Positions 19,234-29,128 are shown, counted from the stretch's first letter. The stretch is 64,000 nt of DNA from Desulfobacteraceae bacterium (GCA_963674675.2 CAXXNM010000003.1:2044133-2108132); one strand, 5' to 3'. A program made the numbers and translations. Notes: a model not told the origin generated them from the sequence alone.

Positions 19234-22200
19234 TGCTCTCCCTCCCTTCAATATCAACCGCTCTGAATGTGTTACCAGATGATAAAATATCTGTCTGCCC
19301 GCTGTCTGCATCAATCTCCAAGGAATAGATCAAATCACCGTTGGGCAGGTTTCCAATATACTCCGCCACCAGTTCAAAAGCAGAGGAAGTATCCTGCCAG
19401 ATAACATAATCTAACAGATTATCTCCTTTGCGTACAACTGCAATCAATTCCACCTTCCCACTTCCGTTTTCCAAAAATGCTGGAACACAGCCACAGCCTG
19501 TCAACTGGGGTGCTGATGCAGTTGTATTGCCAAGGGAAAACTTAGGTGCAATCCCGCTATATTGAAAATCTTCTGAAAAATGAAGTTCCCCAAAATCCGA
19601 AGTCCCTAATTTAGGAAATTCAGGTGAGGTTAAACCACTTGAATCCGTGGCTAAAATAGTATAATTGTCCAAAGCTAACAAGGGTTCTTCATTGCCAAGT
19701 AGGTCTTGATTTGCCTTGAAAGTAATCGTCCACAACTCATCACCATTAAGAAGAATACCGTTTTTCTTTAGTGGCCGCCTTGAGTTTCCGTCTTTGAGCT
19801 CCACCTCTGACAGTCCGGCTCTTCCCGGGCGGACAAGAGCCCATAAGGTGATAATATCACCGGATTCAGCAAGAGATGGTGTAAAGCCAGCAACCAGAAC
19901 CTGGGGTTCTTCAAATTTCCTGTCATTATATTCAGGTTTCCAATCATTCCCGTATAAAGTTACATTCAAGCTCTTTTCTTCAATACCTGAAGATGTGAAG
20001 AGTAAGGTTTTATTATAATCAACATAATCGGAATGCTGGACACTCAAGTCATATTCTCCGGGAAACAGGGTAAACATATATTTTCCTCTTGAATATACTG
20101 TATCAACTACCTTATTATTAATAAGTATGGAAGCACCTGAAACAGAATTAGCTTCCTCATCAACCAGAGTAAGAATGATGTTAACCTTATCGTCACTATA
20201 ATAAGGATAAATTTCAATGTAGGCTGGAATGAAAAGTTCAGCATCAAAGTAAATATCTGAGCTTAGAGCAACAACATCCTGCCAACCACCCGGTTGCATG
20301 TAGTTTACCCCATCGACTGAAGAGGATATTATCTGAACGACAGTATTGTTAATCAAAAATTTATTTTCTTCTGATTGAGTAGCTGCTCCAGCAGGTTCTT
20401 TTTCAATCTCACTCCTGAGATAGGTAATTACAGTTTCCTCATCAATTGTGCGGCTGATTGCGCCATCATGCTGTCTAATATCCACCGCAATGGTATTTGA
20501 AAATCGATTTAATGAGGTGGGATCAATCAGCACTTCCTGCCAATCTGAAGGGCCTTCCCCAAGTTTCGCTCTGCTACCCAAAGTGATATCTGAGGCATCC
20601 TTATCCTCATCAATATTAAGTCGATCTATTTCCTTTCCATTAAGGTAAGCAAATAACCCATCACCTGAATCTGTTCTGAACCTGAACTTGATAAAGGGAA
20701 AGTCATCGGTATCACCATAATCAAAAACAAAATCCTTATAAAGTCTTAAAATATTTCCCACCATATTGGGAAATGCCGATGGCAACGGAATATTTTCTTT
20801 ATCATAAAACTTAAACTGGTACCGGGGAATATCAAGTTCCGTCAAAGGAGTTTCAACTGAAAACCATCCCGTAACGGAAAATATGTCTGAATACCATTCA
20901 GAATTATTTAGTTCTTCTACCTGTGAACTTGACAGCAAAGGAATTGAAGGCCAATACTGCCATGTATCACCCGACAAAATCATATTTTGTTCTTCATGGA
21001 GCAATATTCCTAATGATACTGATTCCCCTTCTTCTAAGGATAATGCATTGTAAGTAGAGGTTGGATACCCGTCAGCATGAATGACAATATCATAGGTTCC
21101 AGGAATGAGAGACATGGTTGCCCCATACTCCATGAAAATATAATTCTGGGTTATGTCGTTTTGCCTGGCTTCAACATACATTTTTGACAAAGAATAATCA
21201 TCTATTGAATCAGTAATAAACTCAATGGTGGCAGGCCCATAAGCTAATCTGCTCAATTCGAGGTCAAAAGCAATATCAGAGCTACCTGGTTCAGCTTGGT
21301 GAACCTCCACGGCAATCAGATTCTCGCCTGATTGGAGATACTGATTGGAAATAAAAAAAGTCTTCCATTCAGCATCCACAGGGCGGGTGGCGAGCGTAAA
21401 ATGATTGACATCTCCTTGAGGCATATTCCATCTTAGAACTTCATGACCGTTAAAATATAAAATAAACCCGTCATCAACCCAAATATTAACCGCCACAGCT
21501 TCATCAGAGTTGAATTCTGGAGCCGAGATCGTCTTACTGAAATAATATGTTATAAATTTACCATTAAGTACTGGTTCGTCTTTAGTTAGAGAAAATTTAT
21601 CTTCAATATATTCATACATTCTCTCTAACTCATCAGCATAAGAAGATTCTAAAGATAATGCTTCGTGTAACGGTGTCGAATAGAACTCACCATTGTCTGA
21701 AAGCAGCCCAAAAGGAGAAAATCCAGAATATCCATAGGGGGCAAAAAGAGTCCATGCTTTATTGTTTGAATCAAAGGATGGTTGTTTCCATGTACCGTCA
21801 TTAATACCGGCCGATGAGGTATAGATTTCGGAAAAGTTATATTTTCCAATGCTGTTGTATTGCCAGAAAGAACCCCGCCATAGAATAACATCATCGTCTG
21901 GAGTTAAATTTTGTCTTATTTTTAAAAGAGTTCCTGCATCAACCCCAACTACATTCCTTAGATAGGGCTCAATCCCCCCTGCCCCATCAACCGCATTAAA
22001 TAAGGGTTCTAACCATTCAGGATACACAACATTTGGATAATTCCAAGATGCCATATAATCAGAGACAATAGACTCATTTGAAACGCCAAGCAACTTTAAA
22101 GTCAGAGCCGCGGCCACCCCTGTACGATCCTTTCCCTGGGAGCAATGAAACAGCAGAGGTAAATTATAGGGATCTGCAATAAGCAAAAAATATTGCCTGT

Positions 22201-22747
22201 ATTTATCTGAAAATTGGATAACCATATCTGGATACCAGGTTCCAACTATCTGGGCCACATCTTCTAATTCGCCTGCAGTTATATCTCCGGACATATAACT
22301 TATATATTGTTCAACAATTTTTGCACAATCAGGGCATACCTTTTCAGAATCAATTGCCAAAGGATAATGTATGACATTATTGGTAAGCTCAGTTTCTTCT
22401 GGAGCCTCGATAGTTTCCGCCGTGGACCTGAAATCAACAACGGTTTTAAGCCCCATCTCCCCTACCAGTGTATTGAGTTCCTCGCCCGTTAAATCGTTTA
22501 AACCAGCGGAACGAAAGAGAAGTTTTGGCATGACTGTTCGATTTTTCGCACCTGTAAAGCCCCCGACACATCGAAGATTCCTTTCCTGGATCACCCAGCA
22601 GGGCTGCTCATCGCAATCCTGCCAGCCTTCAGTCCCATTACCCAGGATAGCTTCTCTCTGAATTCCGGCAAGACATAAATTCTGTGTTATCATCTCGCTT
22701 AGAAAAAAAGACATAACGATGAATATCATCATTTTACTAATTCTCAT
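19193..22747 (-). CDS. secreted multidomain protein: N-terminal CX5R tyrosine-phosphatase domain plus duplicated beta-sandwich and carboxypeptidase-regulatory-like domains
   Basis: Signal peptide 'MRISKMMIFIVMSFFLS'. 'LLFRSAGL', 'VVDFRS' and P-loop 'HCSQGKDRTG' (nt 22118-22147). Two 'W-x-Y ... DDG ... NG-E ... AVE-HQ' type modules. 'gaggggg' RBS before the ATG at 22747. Confidence 0.7.
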   Translation of the reverse strand: MRISKMMIFIVMSFFLSEMITQNLCLAGIQREAILGNGTEGWQDCDEQPCWVIQERNLRCVGGFTGAKNRTVMPKLLFRSAGLNDLTGEELNTLVGEMGLKTVVDFRSTAETIEAPEETELTNNVIHYPLAIDSEKVCPDCAKIVEQYISYMSGDITAGELEDVAQIVGTWYPDMVIQFSDKYRQYFLLIADPYNLPLLFHCSQGKDRTGVAAALTLKLLGVSNESIVSDYMASWNYPNVVYPEWLEPLFNAVDGAGGIEPYLRNVVGVDAGTLLKIRQNLTPDDDVILWRGSFWQYNSIGKYNFSEIYTSSAGINDGTWKQPSFDSNNKAWTLFAPYGYSGFSPFGLLSDNGEFYSTPLHEALSLESSYADELERMYEYIEDKFSLTKDEPVLNGKFITYYFSKTISAPEFNSDEAVAVNIWVDDGFILYFNGHEVLRWNMPQGDVNHFTLATRPVDAEWKTFFISNQYLQSGENLIAVEVHQAEPGSSDIAFDLELSRLAYGPATIEFITDSIDDYSLSKMYVEARQNDITQNYIFMEYGATMSLIPGTYDIVIHADGYPTSTYNALSLEEGESVSLGILLHEEQNMILSGDTWQYWPSIPLLSSSQVEELNNSEWYSDIFSVTGWFSVETPLTELDIPRYQFKFYDKENIPLPSAFPNMVGNILRLYKDFVFDYGDTDDFPFIKFRFRTDSGDGLFAYLNGKEIDRLNIDEDKDASDITLGSRAKLGEGPSDWQEVLIDPTSLNRFSNTIAVDIRQHDGAISRTIDEETVITYLRSEIEKEPAGAATQSEENKFLINNTVVQIISSSVDGVNYMQPGGWQDVVALSSDIYFDAELFIPAYIEIYPYYSDDKVNIILTLVDEEANSVSGASILINNKVVDTVYSRGKYMFTLFPGEYDLSVQHSDYVDYNKTLLFTSSGIEEKSLNVTLYGNDWKPEYNDRKFEEPQVLVAGFTPSLAESGDIITLWALVRPGRAGLSEVELKDGNSRRPLKKNGILLNGDELWTITFKANQDLLGNEEPLLALDNYTILATDSSGLTSPEFPKLGTSDFGELHFSEDFQYSGIAPKFSLGNTTASAPQLTGCGCVPAFLENGSGKVELIAVVRKGDNLLDYVIWQDTSSAFELVAEYIGNLPNGDLIYSLEIDADSGQTDILSSGNTFRAVDIEGRESNACFEIQSIESIE

Positions 22748-24647
22748 TTTGCACCCCCTCGATGGAATTCCTATAATTGAAATCTCCAGCTTTATTGAAA
22801 AGTTCATTCATATAATCACCTAAAATTTCAGCTCTTTGTATTAAAAAATTCTCTATACGCTTCAATTCATTATCATGATCAACGAATTGAACAGCACACA
22901 TATCGCTCAGATTGACATAATCCAAGCTGTCACCAGGCCATCGATCAAAGTTACGATCCAGGGCGGTTTTAGTAAGCCTTGTACCATTTATGGCAATAAG
23001 TTCATTATCTGATGGAACCATAGTAGCTATCATTTTCTTAATCTCGAATTCGCTCATAGGATTACCGTTTTCCCGCAAATAGTTAATACGCCTTGTTAAT
23101 GAATCCTTGAATATTGTGTTGTGGAGCATCTCCCAGAACATCTGGGTGCGGGGAATCACCACTTCCATATCCTCTGCTAAATCCCAATTATCTGAAAGGC
23201 AGGAAGAAATAAAATCGATACCACCAAGTTCTTTAAACCTATCCAAAAGATAGGTTTCTGTGGTTCCATAGTTGTCAATGTTGTACATTGTCGCCAAGAG
23301 ATAAAGCCAGTAAGTATTCCGGTCATTGCCAAGAGCTCTATCATAATCCCATACGGTGAAATACATATCACCGTCGGACTGATTACGATACAGATAAAAA
23401 TTCCCGATATAACTGTCAAAACACAGAAACAATTCCTGTAAAATCATATAATCCACAGAATTGCTCAAGGAGAGATAATCAAATATTGAGCCTGAGCCTG
23501 TATAGTCAAAACCCAGCACTGCATCCTCAAAAGAGAGAAAATAATCAATCAAATTTCTCTCTTGTAACAAGTCCAACTTAGAAGTATCTGATGGATATTT
23601 TAATTCGTAAAATAACGTGGAGAGAAATTCGGAAAGCCCGTCAGCCACATCATTCGATTCTGCCGCAAAAAATGGCATAAATCGATCTTCATAATTTAAC
23701 TCTGGATCACCACTGTCAATGGAAACAATAAATTTTTCACCAGTCTTGTCTTTTGAAAAACCATCGTTAAAAAAACGATCAATATATTCACGCTTGATGC
23801 TTTGACTTAACAGATATAGCCCCATATATTCATGATTGACAAAAAGTTCCACATAACGTGATTGAACACTGAAGTTTAAAGGAGAAAAGGAACGAAATAA
23901 CTCAAAGGCCAGCTTATTGGCAATAAAAGATCTGTCAAACCAAGAGCCATTCAAGACCCAGTCCTCACCCTGACCCATATCCAGTATATGAAAAGCATCT
24001 GTCCCTTCTTCTTCCCCTTCCTCATCGTTCCATATCCTCATTTCCATAGAATATTGTTTTTTGGGAAATGAGCGGGAGGTGTTACCGCGCACTTCAATAC
24101 CGCATCTTTCATTATGAAGCAGTTTAAGAGAGGCATCGTATATCGAAATATCAGCAGGCAGTTTTTCATAGCAGCCCTCACCTGTAAATCCATTGGAGCA
24201 CACAGAAACAAGGTCATCCGTTACAACGGAAATAACCGGCAAGGATGGTTCTATTTTTTGAACAATACCCTCTCCATGGGCAACAATGCTACCTTGAGCA
24301 TCAGTTACTGTGATTTCAAGAGAACAGTGAGCTTCATCACAATTGCAATTAGAATTTATTGGCTCGAAAAAAAGAGTTTCAAAATCGATTGATACTGTTT
24401 CAGGTTCAGAGGCACCCGTTTTTTTCAAGGTTGCCTTGATTGAATAACCATCCATTTTTAAAGGCAATTCAGAATATGACCATGAAAAAACCGGACCCAT
24501 GCCGGGAAGCCCCAGGCAAAAAGCTGAAATGGGAATCTGGGCAGGTATATTTTCCTGGGCAGAGGCTTCCATAGGCAAAAAGCTTAACAAAAGGCTGCAT
24601 AATAGTGCCCCCCATAATATCGATTTCTTCTTTTCGAATAAAAACAT
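22737..24647 (-). CDS. secreted CotH-family (atypical protein kinase fold) protein
   Basis: Signal peptide '..LLLSFLPMEASA'. CotH-like blocks 'FPKKQYSMEMR', 'RYVELFVNHEYMGLYLLSQSIKREYI' and 'NFYLYRNQSDGDMYFTVWDYDRALG'. 'ggagga' RBS 6 nt before the ATG at 24647. Confidence 0.7.
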   Translation of the reverse strand: MFLFEKKKSILWGALLCSLLLSFLPMEASAQENIPAQIPISAFCLGLPGMGPVFSWSYSELPLKMDGYSIKATLKKTGASEPETVSIDFETLFFEPINSNCNCDEAHCSLEITVTDAQGSIVAHGEGIVQKIEPSLPVISVVTDDLVSVCSNGFTGEGCYEKLPADISIYDASLKLLHNERCGIEVRGNTSRSFPKKQYSMEMRIWNDEEGEEEGTDAFHILDMGQGEDWVLNGSWFDRSFIANKLAFELFRSFSPLNFSVQSRYVELFVNHEYMGLYLLSQSIKREYIDRFFNDGFSKDKTGEKFIVSIDSGDPELNYEDRFMPFFAAESNDVADGLSEFLSTLFYELKYPSDTSKLDLLQERNLIDYFLSFEDAVLGFDYTGSGSIFDYLSLSNSVDYMILQELFLCFDSYIGNFYLYRNQSDGDMYFTVWDYDRALGNDRNTYWLYLLATMYNIDNYGTTETYLLDRFKELGGIDFISSCLSDNWDLAEDMEVVIPRTQMFWEMLHNTIFKDSLTRRINYLRENGNPMSEFEIKKMIATMVPSDNELIAINGTRLTKTALDRNFDRWPGDSLDYVNLSDMCAVQFVDHDNELKRIENFLIQRAEILGDYMNELFNKAGDFNYRNSIEGVQNEN

Positions 24648-24764
24648 AACAATTCCTCCAGAGAGACGCTCATAATTCAAATTTATCTAAAAAAAACTTG
24701 ATGTGGCAAATATGCCCCAAAAAGGATTCAAAAGGCTGTTGAAAGGATTTACAGGTATTTATGA

Positions 24765-25778
24765 TCAGGGAATTTTAAATGTAAACCATGCGGGAAGGTC
24801 CTTTCCCTGATCAGAAACCAGGGTAACCATACCTTTTTGTCCCGGCGTCAGGCACAACCCTTCCGGATTATACCCTTTTAATTTTTTAATAATTTTAGGA
24901 TCAAGTATACCGGTTTTGGGTTCAGAAACATGCCATGCGAAGCCACCGTCTTTTCTGCCAGAAAGTATAACAAGGCCACCTGTGCCTGTAAAAACCATAT
25001 CAGAAATGCCGCTAAAGACTCCTTTCTGACCATAGGACATCAAAGGGACCTTAGCCCATAATGAAAATAATCCCACAATGGCATCAACATCATCGGGTGT
25101 TTCAAAAATCTGATAATAATGTTCAAGGCACCATATTAATGCATATTTATCGTTATATAGAGGGGCATTCAATCCAAGATAGAGCTTTCCATCATGATAG
25201 GCCATTCCTTCAATATCAAGTTTTGTTAAATCCGGAACCGCTAAATCCTCTAAAAAATGTTCATGATTTTTGCTAATATTTTCAAGCATTTTAAATAAGG
25301 ATACATAGGAAACCACCATAAGATTTTTACCGACAATCTTTGTTTTTAAAAAAAGCTCTCTTACAGCAGTTCTCTTTCCTTTAGATGTTACTGACTGAGA
25401 ACCAAGTAGATAGATGAAACCATCATCATCCCTGCATATGGATTCAAGATCAGCGATTTGTCTTATTCCGTTTAGTTTGATCATATCAGGCTGAATATTT
25501 CCACGATAATCCATTAAAAAAAGATAGGGAATATTTTTAACTTTCCCTCTGCCCGTATCGTCACTTACAATAAGGTAGCCACCAAACTCCTCAACCCATA
25601 ATATGGCAGAGGGCTCAAAGTGAAAATTCTTTTTAAGAGTCTCTGGTAGAAAGATTTCACTCACTTTCCCTTGAGGCTGAGATACATTGTTGACCTGATC
25701 AATAAATATAAGCAATAAAAAAGCAACAAGCGCAACAATAGTCAGAATAGCAATCAATTGACGGGATGAGATATTCAT
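24765..25778 (-). CDS. membrane-anchored hypothetical protein, probable beta-propeller (phytase-like/DUF3616-like)
   Basis: N-terminal TM anchor 'LIAILTIVALVAFLLLIF'. 'IEGMAYHDGKLYLGLNAPL' and 'NPEGLCL'. 'aggag' RBS. Confidence 0.45.
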   Translation of the reverse strand: MNISSRQLIAILTIVALVAFLLLIFIDQVNNVSQPQGKVSEIFLPETLKKNFHFEPSAILWVEEFGGYLIVSDDTGRGKVKNIPYLFLMDYRGNIQPDMIKLNGIRQIADLESICRDDDGFIYLLGSQSVTSKGKRTAVRELFLKTKIVGKNLMVVSYVSLFKMLENISKNHEHFLEDLAVPDLTKLDIEGMAYHDGKLYLGLNAPLYNDKYALIWCLEHYYQIFETPDDVDAIVGLFSLWAKVPLMSYGQKGVFSGISDMVFTGTGGLVILSGRKDGGFAWHVSEPKTGILDPKIIKKLKGYNPEGLCLTPGQKGMVTLVSDQGKDLPAWFTFKIP

Positions 25779-25913
25779 CTTAGCACTCCTGACGGCATTT
25801 ATTTTTTCTGTAATTCTATTATTGGTTTTGATTGTATATTATAATTCATTAGTTTTATCCAAATGTATTAAAATCGACCTTGATTTTTGAAAATAGTCAC
25901 AAAAATAGAGCAT

Positions 25914-26588
25914 CTATTCGGAAATAGCATCATTGGCTGGGAAAAGCAGTTTTGATTGCCCCCCCCATGTTGTTTGTATTGTTGATAGCAATTTTTGCTC
26001 CCTGCCAGGGAGCAGATTAACCGCTACAATTAATTCACAATTATCATTATCAAATATTTTACTTTTTAAAGTTAACTGTTTTGACAATAAAGCAATCTCA
26101 TCGAGGAAAGCATCACAATTGAATTTCTTAAAGGCATTGCCTCTAAATGAAACAATAAGGAGATAATCATTTATGTTTCTTGAATAAAATCGGCTGGCAA
26201 AAATTTTCCGAACAACGAGAAATATTCCTATCATGGAAGAAACAAATAAAGAAATCAATGCATAACCGGCACCTGAGGCAATACCAGCTGACAATGACCA
26301 AAAAATAAAAAAAAGATCCAAAGGCTCTTTAATAGGCGTACGATATCTAACTATGGAAAGCGCACCTATCATGCCAAGAGAAAGGGCAAGATCATTGCTA
26401 ATAGTTATAATAATTAAAGAGACAATAACGGGCAATAAAAGTATAGATGTACAAAAGCCATTGGAAAAAAATACTCCCTCATAGGTTTTTTTATACACAT
26501 GATAAACAATAGATCCATTAAGAAAAGCAATAAAAAATATAAACATCGCATTTTTAAAAATATGCGCCTCGTTAGACAAATAGCTCAT
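25914..26588 (-). CDS. DUF4956-like polytopic membrane protein
   Basis: Several TM helices and the block 'GALSIVRYRTPIKEPLDLFFIFWSLSAGIASGAG'. Start is ambiguous (ATG 26588 or GTG 26600). Confidence 0.6.
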   Translation of the reverse strand: MSYLSNEAHIFKNAMFIFFIAFLNGSIVYHVYKKTYEGVFFSNGFCTSILLLPVIVSLIIITISNDLALSLGMIGALSIVRYRTPIKEPLDLFFIFWSLSAGIASGAGYALISLFVSSMIGIFLVVRKIFASRFYSRNINDYLLIVSFRGNAFKKFNCDAFLDEIALLSKQLTLKSKIFDNDNCELIVAVNLLPGREQKLLSTIQTTWGGQSKLLFPANDAISE

Positions 26589-26788
26589 TATGAAATACAC
26601 ACTCCTTTCAAAAACTTATCATTATCTTTATAAAAGATCAGAAAATTTTGCAACCAGCAATTCCAGATCACCATAGAGCCTTTTTAATTTGATCTGTTTG
26701 CTTGATTTTCGTATTTTTTTATAACGATCCCAGTAAAGATAAGGCTCTCATACGTTTTTCATCGAGAACCGCTGGGCATTAATAACAA

Positions 26789-27598
26789 TCAAGTATGAAA
26801 ATTATTCTTGCTACAATAATGTTGTGACAATGCTTTTTTAAATACACTGCATTTATCCAAATTAATACCTGAACCAACCAAACCCATTACATACTTGCTT
26901 ACGGCACTTCTGACAGATATCAAACCATCAAAAAGGAATTTGTACTGATTAGGAAATGACTTGTTAAATTTAATTTCCAGTATACAGTATTGGCTTAAAA
27001 TTAAGCTTGATTGCCTCTGGACACCAGGATGCAAAAAGTGTTTAAAGTCATTTGAGGCAGCCAAATCATAATCCAAAGTAATTCTTAAATTATTAGGATA
27101 AGCGTAGAAAGCCTTACGAAAATAGTCAATAATCACCAATGGTTTGTAAAAGCCTGACCTAAATTTCAAGTAGGAAAGAATAGAATGTTTTGAAATTTTT
27201 TGATAAAAAGGGGAGGTATCTCCATTAATGAGTGCTCTGGCTTCTTGGATATCAAATTGAAATGCCTGTTTTTCAACCAGATCCCCATCTTTACGCTTTA
27301 TCTCAAATTTTATAGTATCTCCGGAAGTCCAGGGAGGATTATATATCCTTATTCTGAATTTTTCCCTTTTTTTAAACCCCCCCAATTTTTCCCAGGAAGA
27401 TGCGCAGTTAACACTGTCAAAATAAAGGCTGCTGATGCAATAACCACCTTTATCCAAACATGCATTATGATCAATATTTAAAAAAGTAGCCAGCCTTTTT
27501 CCTATGAATGCAGCTTCCCTAAGTGTCAAATAAAATTTAAGTTCATATCTTTTCAAATAGAATCTCCAAAAAATCACTTTTTTTAAAAAACAGTCCAC
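26789..27598 (-). CDS. VTC-domain (polyphosphate polymerase-like / triphosphate-tunnel) protein
   Basis: 'KRYELKFYL', 'YCISSLYFDS', 'REKFRIRIYN', 'IKFEIKRKDGDLVEKQ' and 'YCILEIKF' (alternating charged beta-strands). Start is uncertain: GTG 27598, or TTG 27556 preceded by 'ggag'. Confidence 0.6.
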   Translation of the reverse strand: MDCFLKKVIFWRFYLKRYELKFYLTLREAAFIGKRLATFLNIDHNACLDKGGYCISSLYFDSVNCASSWEKLGGFKKREKFRIRIYNPPWTSGDTIKFEIKRKDGDLVEKQAFQFDIQEARALINGDTSPFYQKISKHSILSYLKFRSGFYKPLVIIDYFRKAFYAYPNNLRITLDYDLAASNDFKHFLHPGVQRQSSLILSQYCILEIKFNKSFPNQYKFLFDGLISVRSAVSKYVMGLVGSGINLDKCSVFKKALSQHYCSKNNFHT

Positions 27599-28160
27599 AT
27601 AGACAGAAACAAGGTGTAAAATTATGGATTTGGGAAAGCTTGAGATTAAACGAAATATATTTTCCGTAAAATAAATGAGGTTCCATGCTATACTGGTAAC
27701 CTAAGAAATCAAACAAAATGTACGAATTATGTACACAAGGTTTTAATCTGTCAAGAATTTTAGGCAAATTTGTTCATATTGTTTATATTACAAACAAAGT
27801 ATGATACGATATTTCTTTTTGATAAAAAAATTTAATATAATTAAATACTATTATTTTATACATCTTTTACTATTCAATATTTATATTTTCAAGCTTTATC
27901 TAAATTTTAAAAAATTTACTGAGAAACCACCATTTTGGATGCTGGATATACTAAACCTCAGACCCGTCTTTGTTCTTTCGTTTTATTCTACGTACATACA
28001 TGCCCATGTAACAAGCATGTATTTTCAAATATATCAAGTATAAAATTTAAATTCGTGTGCCCACTAATTTTGGGAGCCAAAACCACATTTTTGCTGAATT
28101 TATTGGATATTTTAACAAAAATCTGGCAAAAGAAACCTATAGCTGTCGAACACAGGCTAA

Positions 28161-28790
28161 TATATCTTCCGCAAAAAAAACATCGGTTTTGCCGCCGGAG
28201 TCAATACAGAAATCACCAAAGCGCTTGAGTTTGAGTTTGATAATAAGGCAATGATCCTGCTCAACAATGATACCGAAATAACTCATAACGCTATTGAGAT
28301 GAGCGTAGATACCATTATAAAAAACGATGCAGTAGTAGGAACCGTTGAGTACCATCTTTCAAAAAAAGGAAAAAGAACTTACAGGGCTCTATTTTCAGGC
28401 GGAAAACTTGCCTGGAGGGAGGTTGCAATAAAGATTACCCCAACACCAAGTAATAAGCAAGAGCCCTTTGTTAGTAATTTTATCAGGGGCTCGTTCATGG
28501 CTCTACACCGAAATATTATCACCAAAGTGGGAAACATGGATGAATTCTTTATTTCGTATCTGGAAGATGTTGACTTCAGTATTAGAAGCTCCAAAGCAGG
28601 TTATCAGCTTTTAATTGACCCAAGGGTTAGAATCTGGCACAGGGTATCTTATTCCGCCTCAACATATCAGCATAACTACCTTATGGCATTCAATTATCTG
28701 AAGTTGCTGAAAAAAGCATGCTTCAGGATGCCCTTTTTACAGGGGTTTTCTGATGGGGGAAATATCTGCATTTTGTTCAATTATCAATAA
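28161..28790 (+). pseudogene. family 2 glycosyltransferase remnant (5'-truncated, probably also frameshifted)
   Basis: The reading frame upstream of the ORF-track ATG continues as 'YIFRKKNIGFAAGVNTEITKALEFEFDNKAMILLNNDTEI' and is cut by stops at 28140 and 28158. The N-terminal nucleotide-binding part is absent. The 'YLEDVDFSIR' motif is present. A GT2-like C-terminus continues in the +1 frame after an A6 run near 28714. Confidence 0.65.
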
Positions 28791-29128
28791 AAAACGTAAC
28801 GGTAAATTCCATGGCTTTATTCACGGGTTGATGGCAATACTTATGAAATTTACTTAAAATAAAAATTTAAAGAAATTAAATCTTTGAATCAGAATAATCA
28901 GGCGTGCCTATTCCGAGTTCTTCCATATCCAAAACGAATATTGACCTTATATTAATATGATGGTAGGTTGCCATTCTATATTATGAGTGTTGACGAAGAA
29001 TATCCCTGAAGCAGTTCCAATACTTGACATATTTTAAAATTAACGATTTAGATTACAAGTCCAAGAAAGCTTTGCTGGTGAATATTCATTTTCAAAGATT
29101 ATTGAGGGGCTGGAGGAAATTTTGCCTC

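Noticed and set aside
27801-28254. Three overlapping 65-97-aa ORFs in the A+T-rich gap.
   Set aside because: Low-complexity Ile/Phe/Lys/Tyr-rich translations, no RBS, mutually overlapping frames. Part of the region is the out-of-frame remnant of the GT2 pseudogene.
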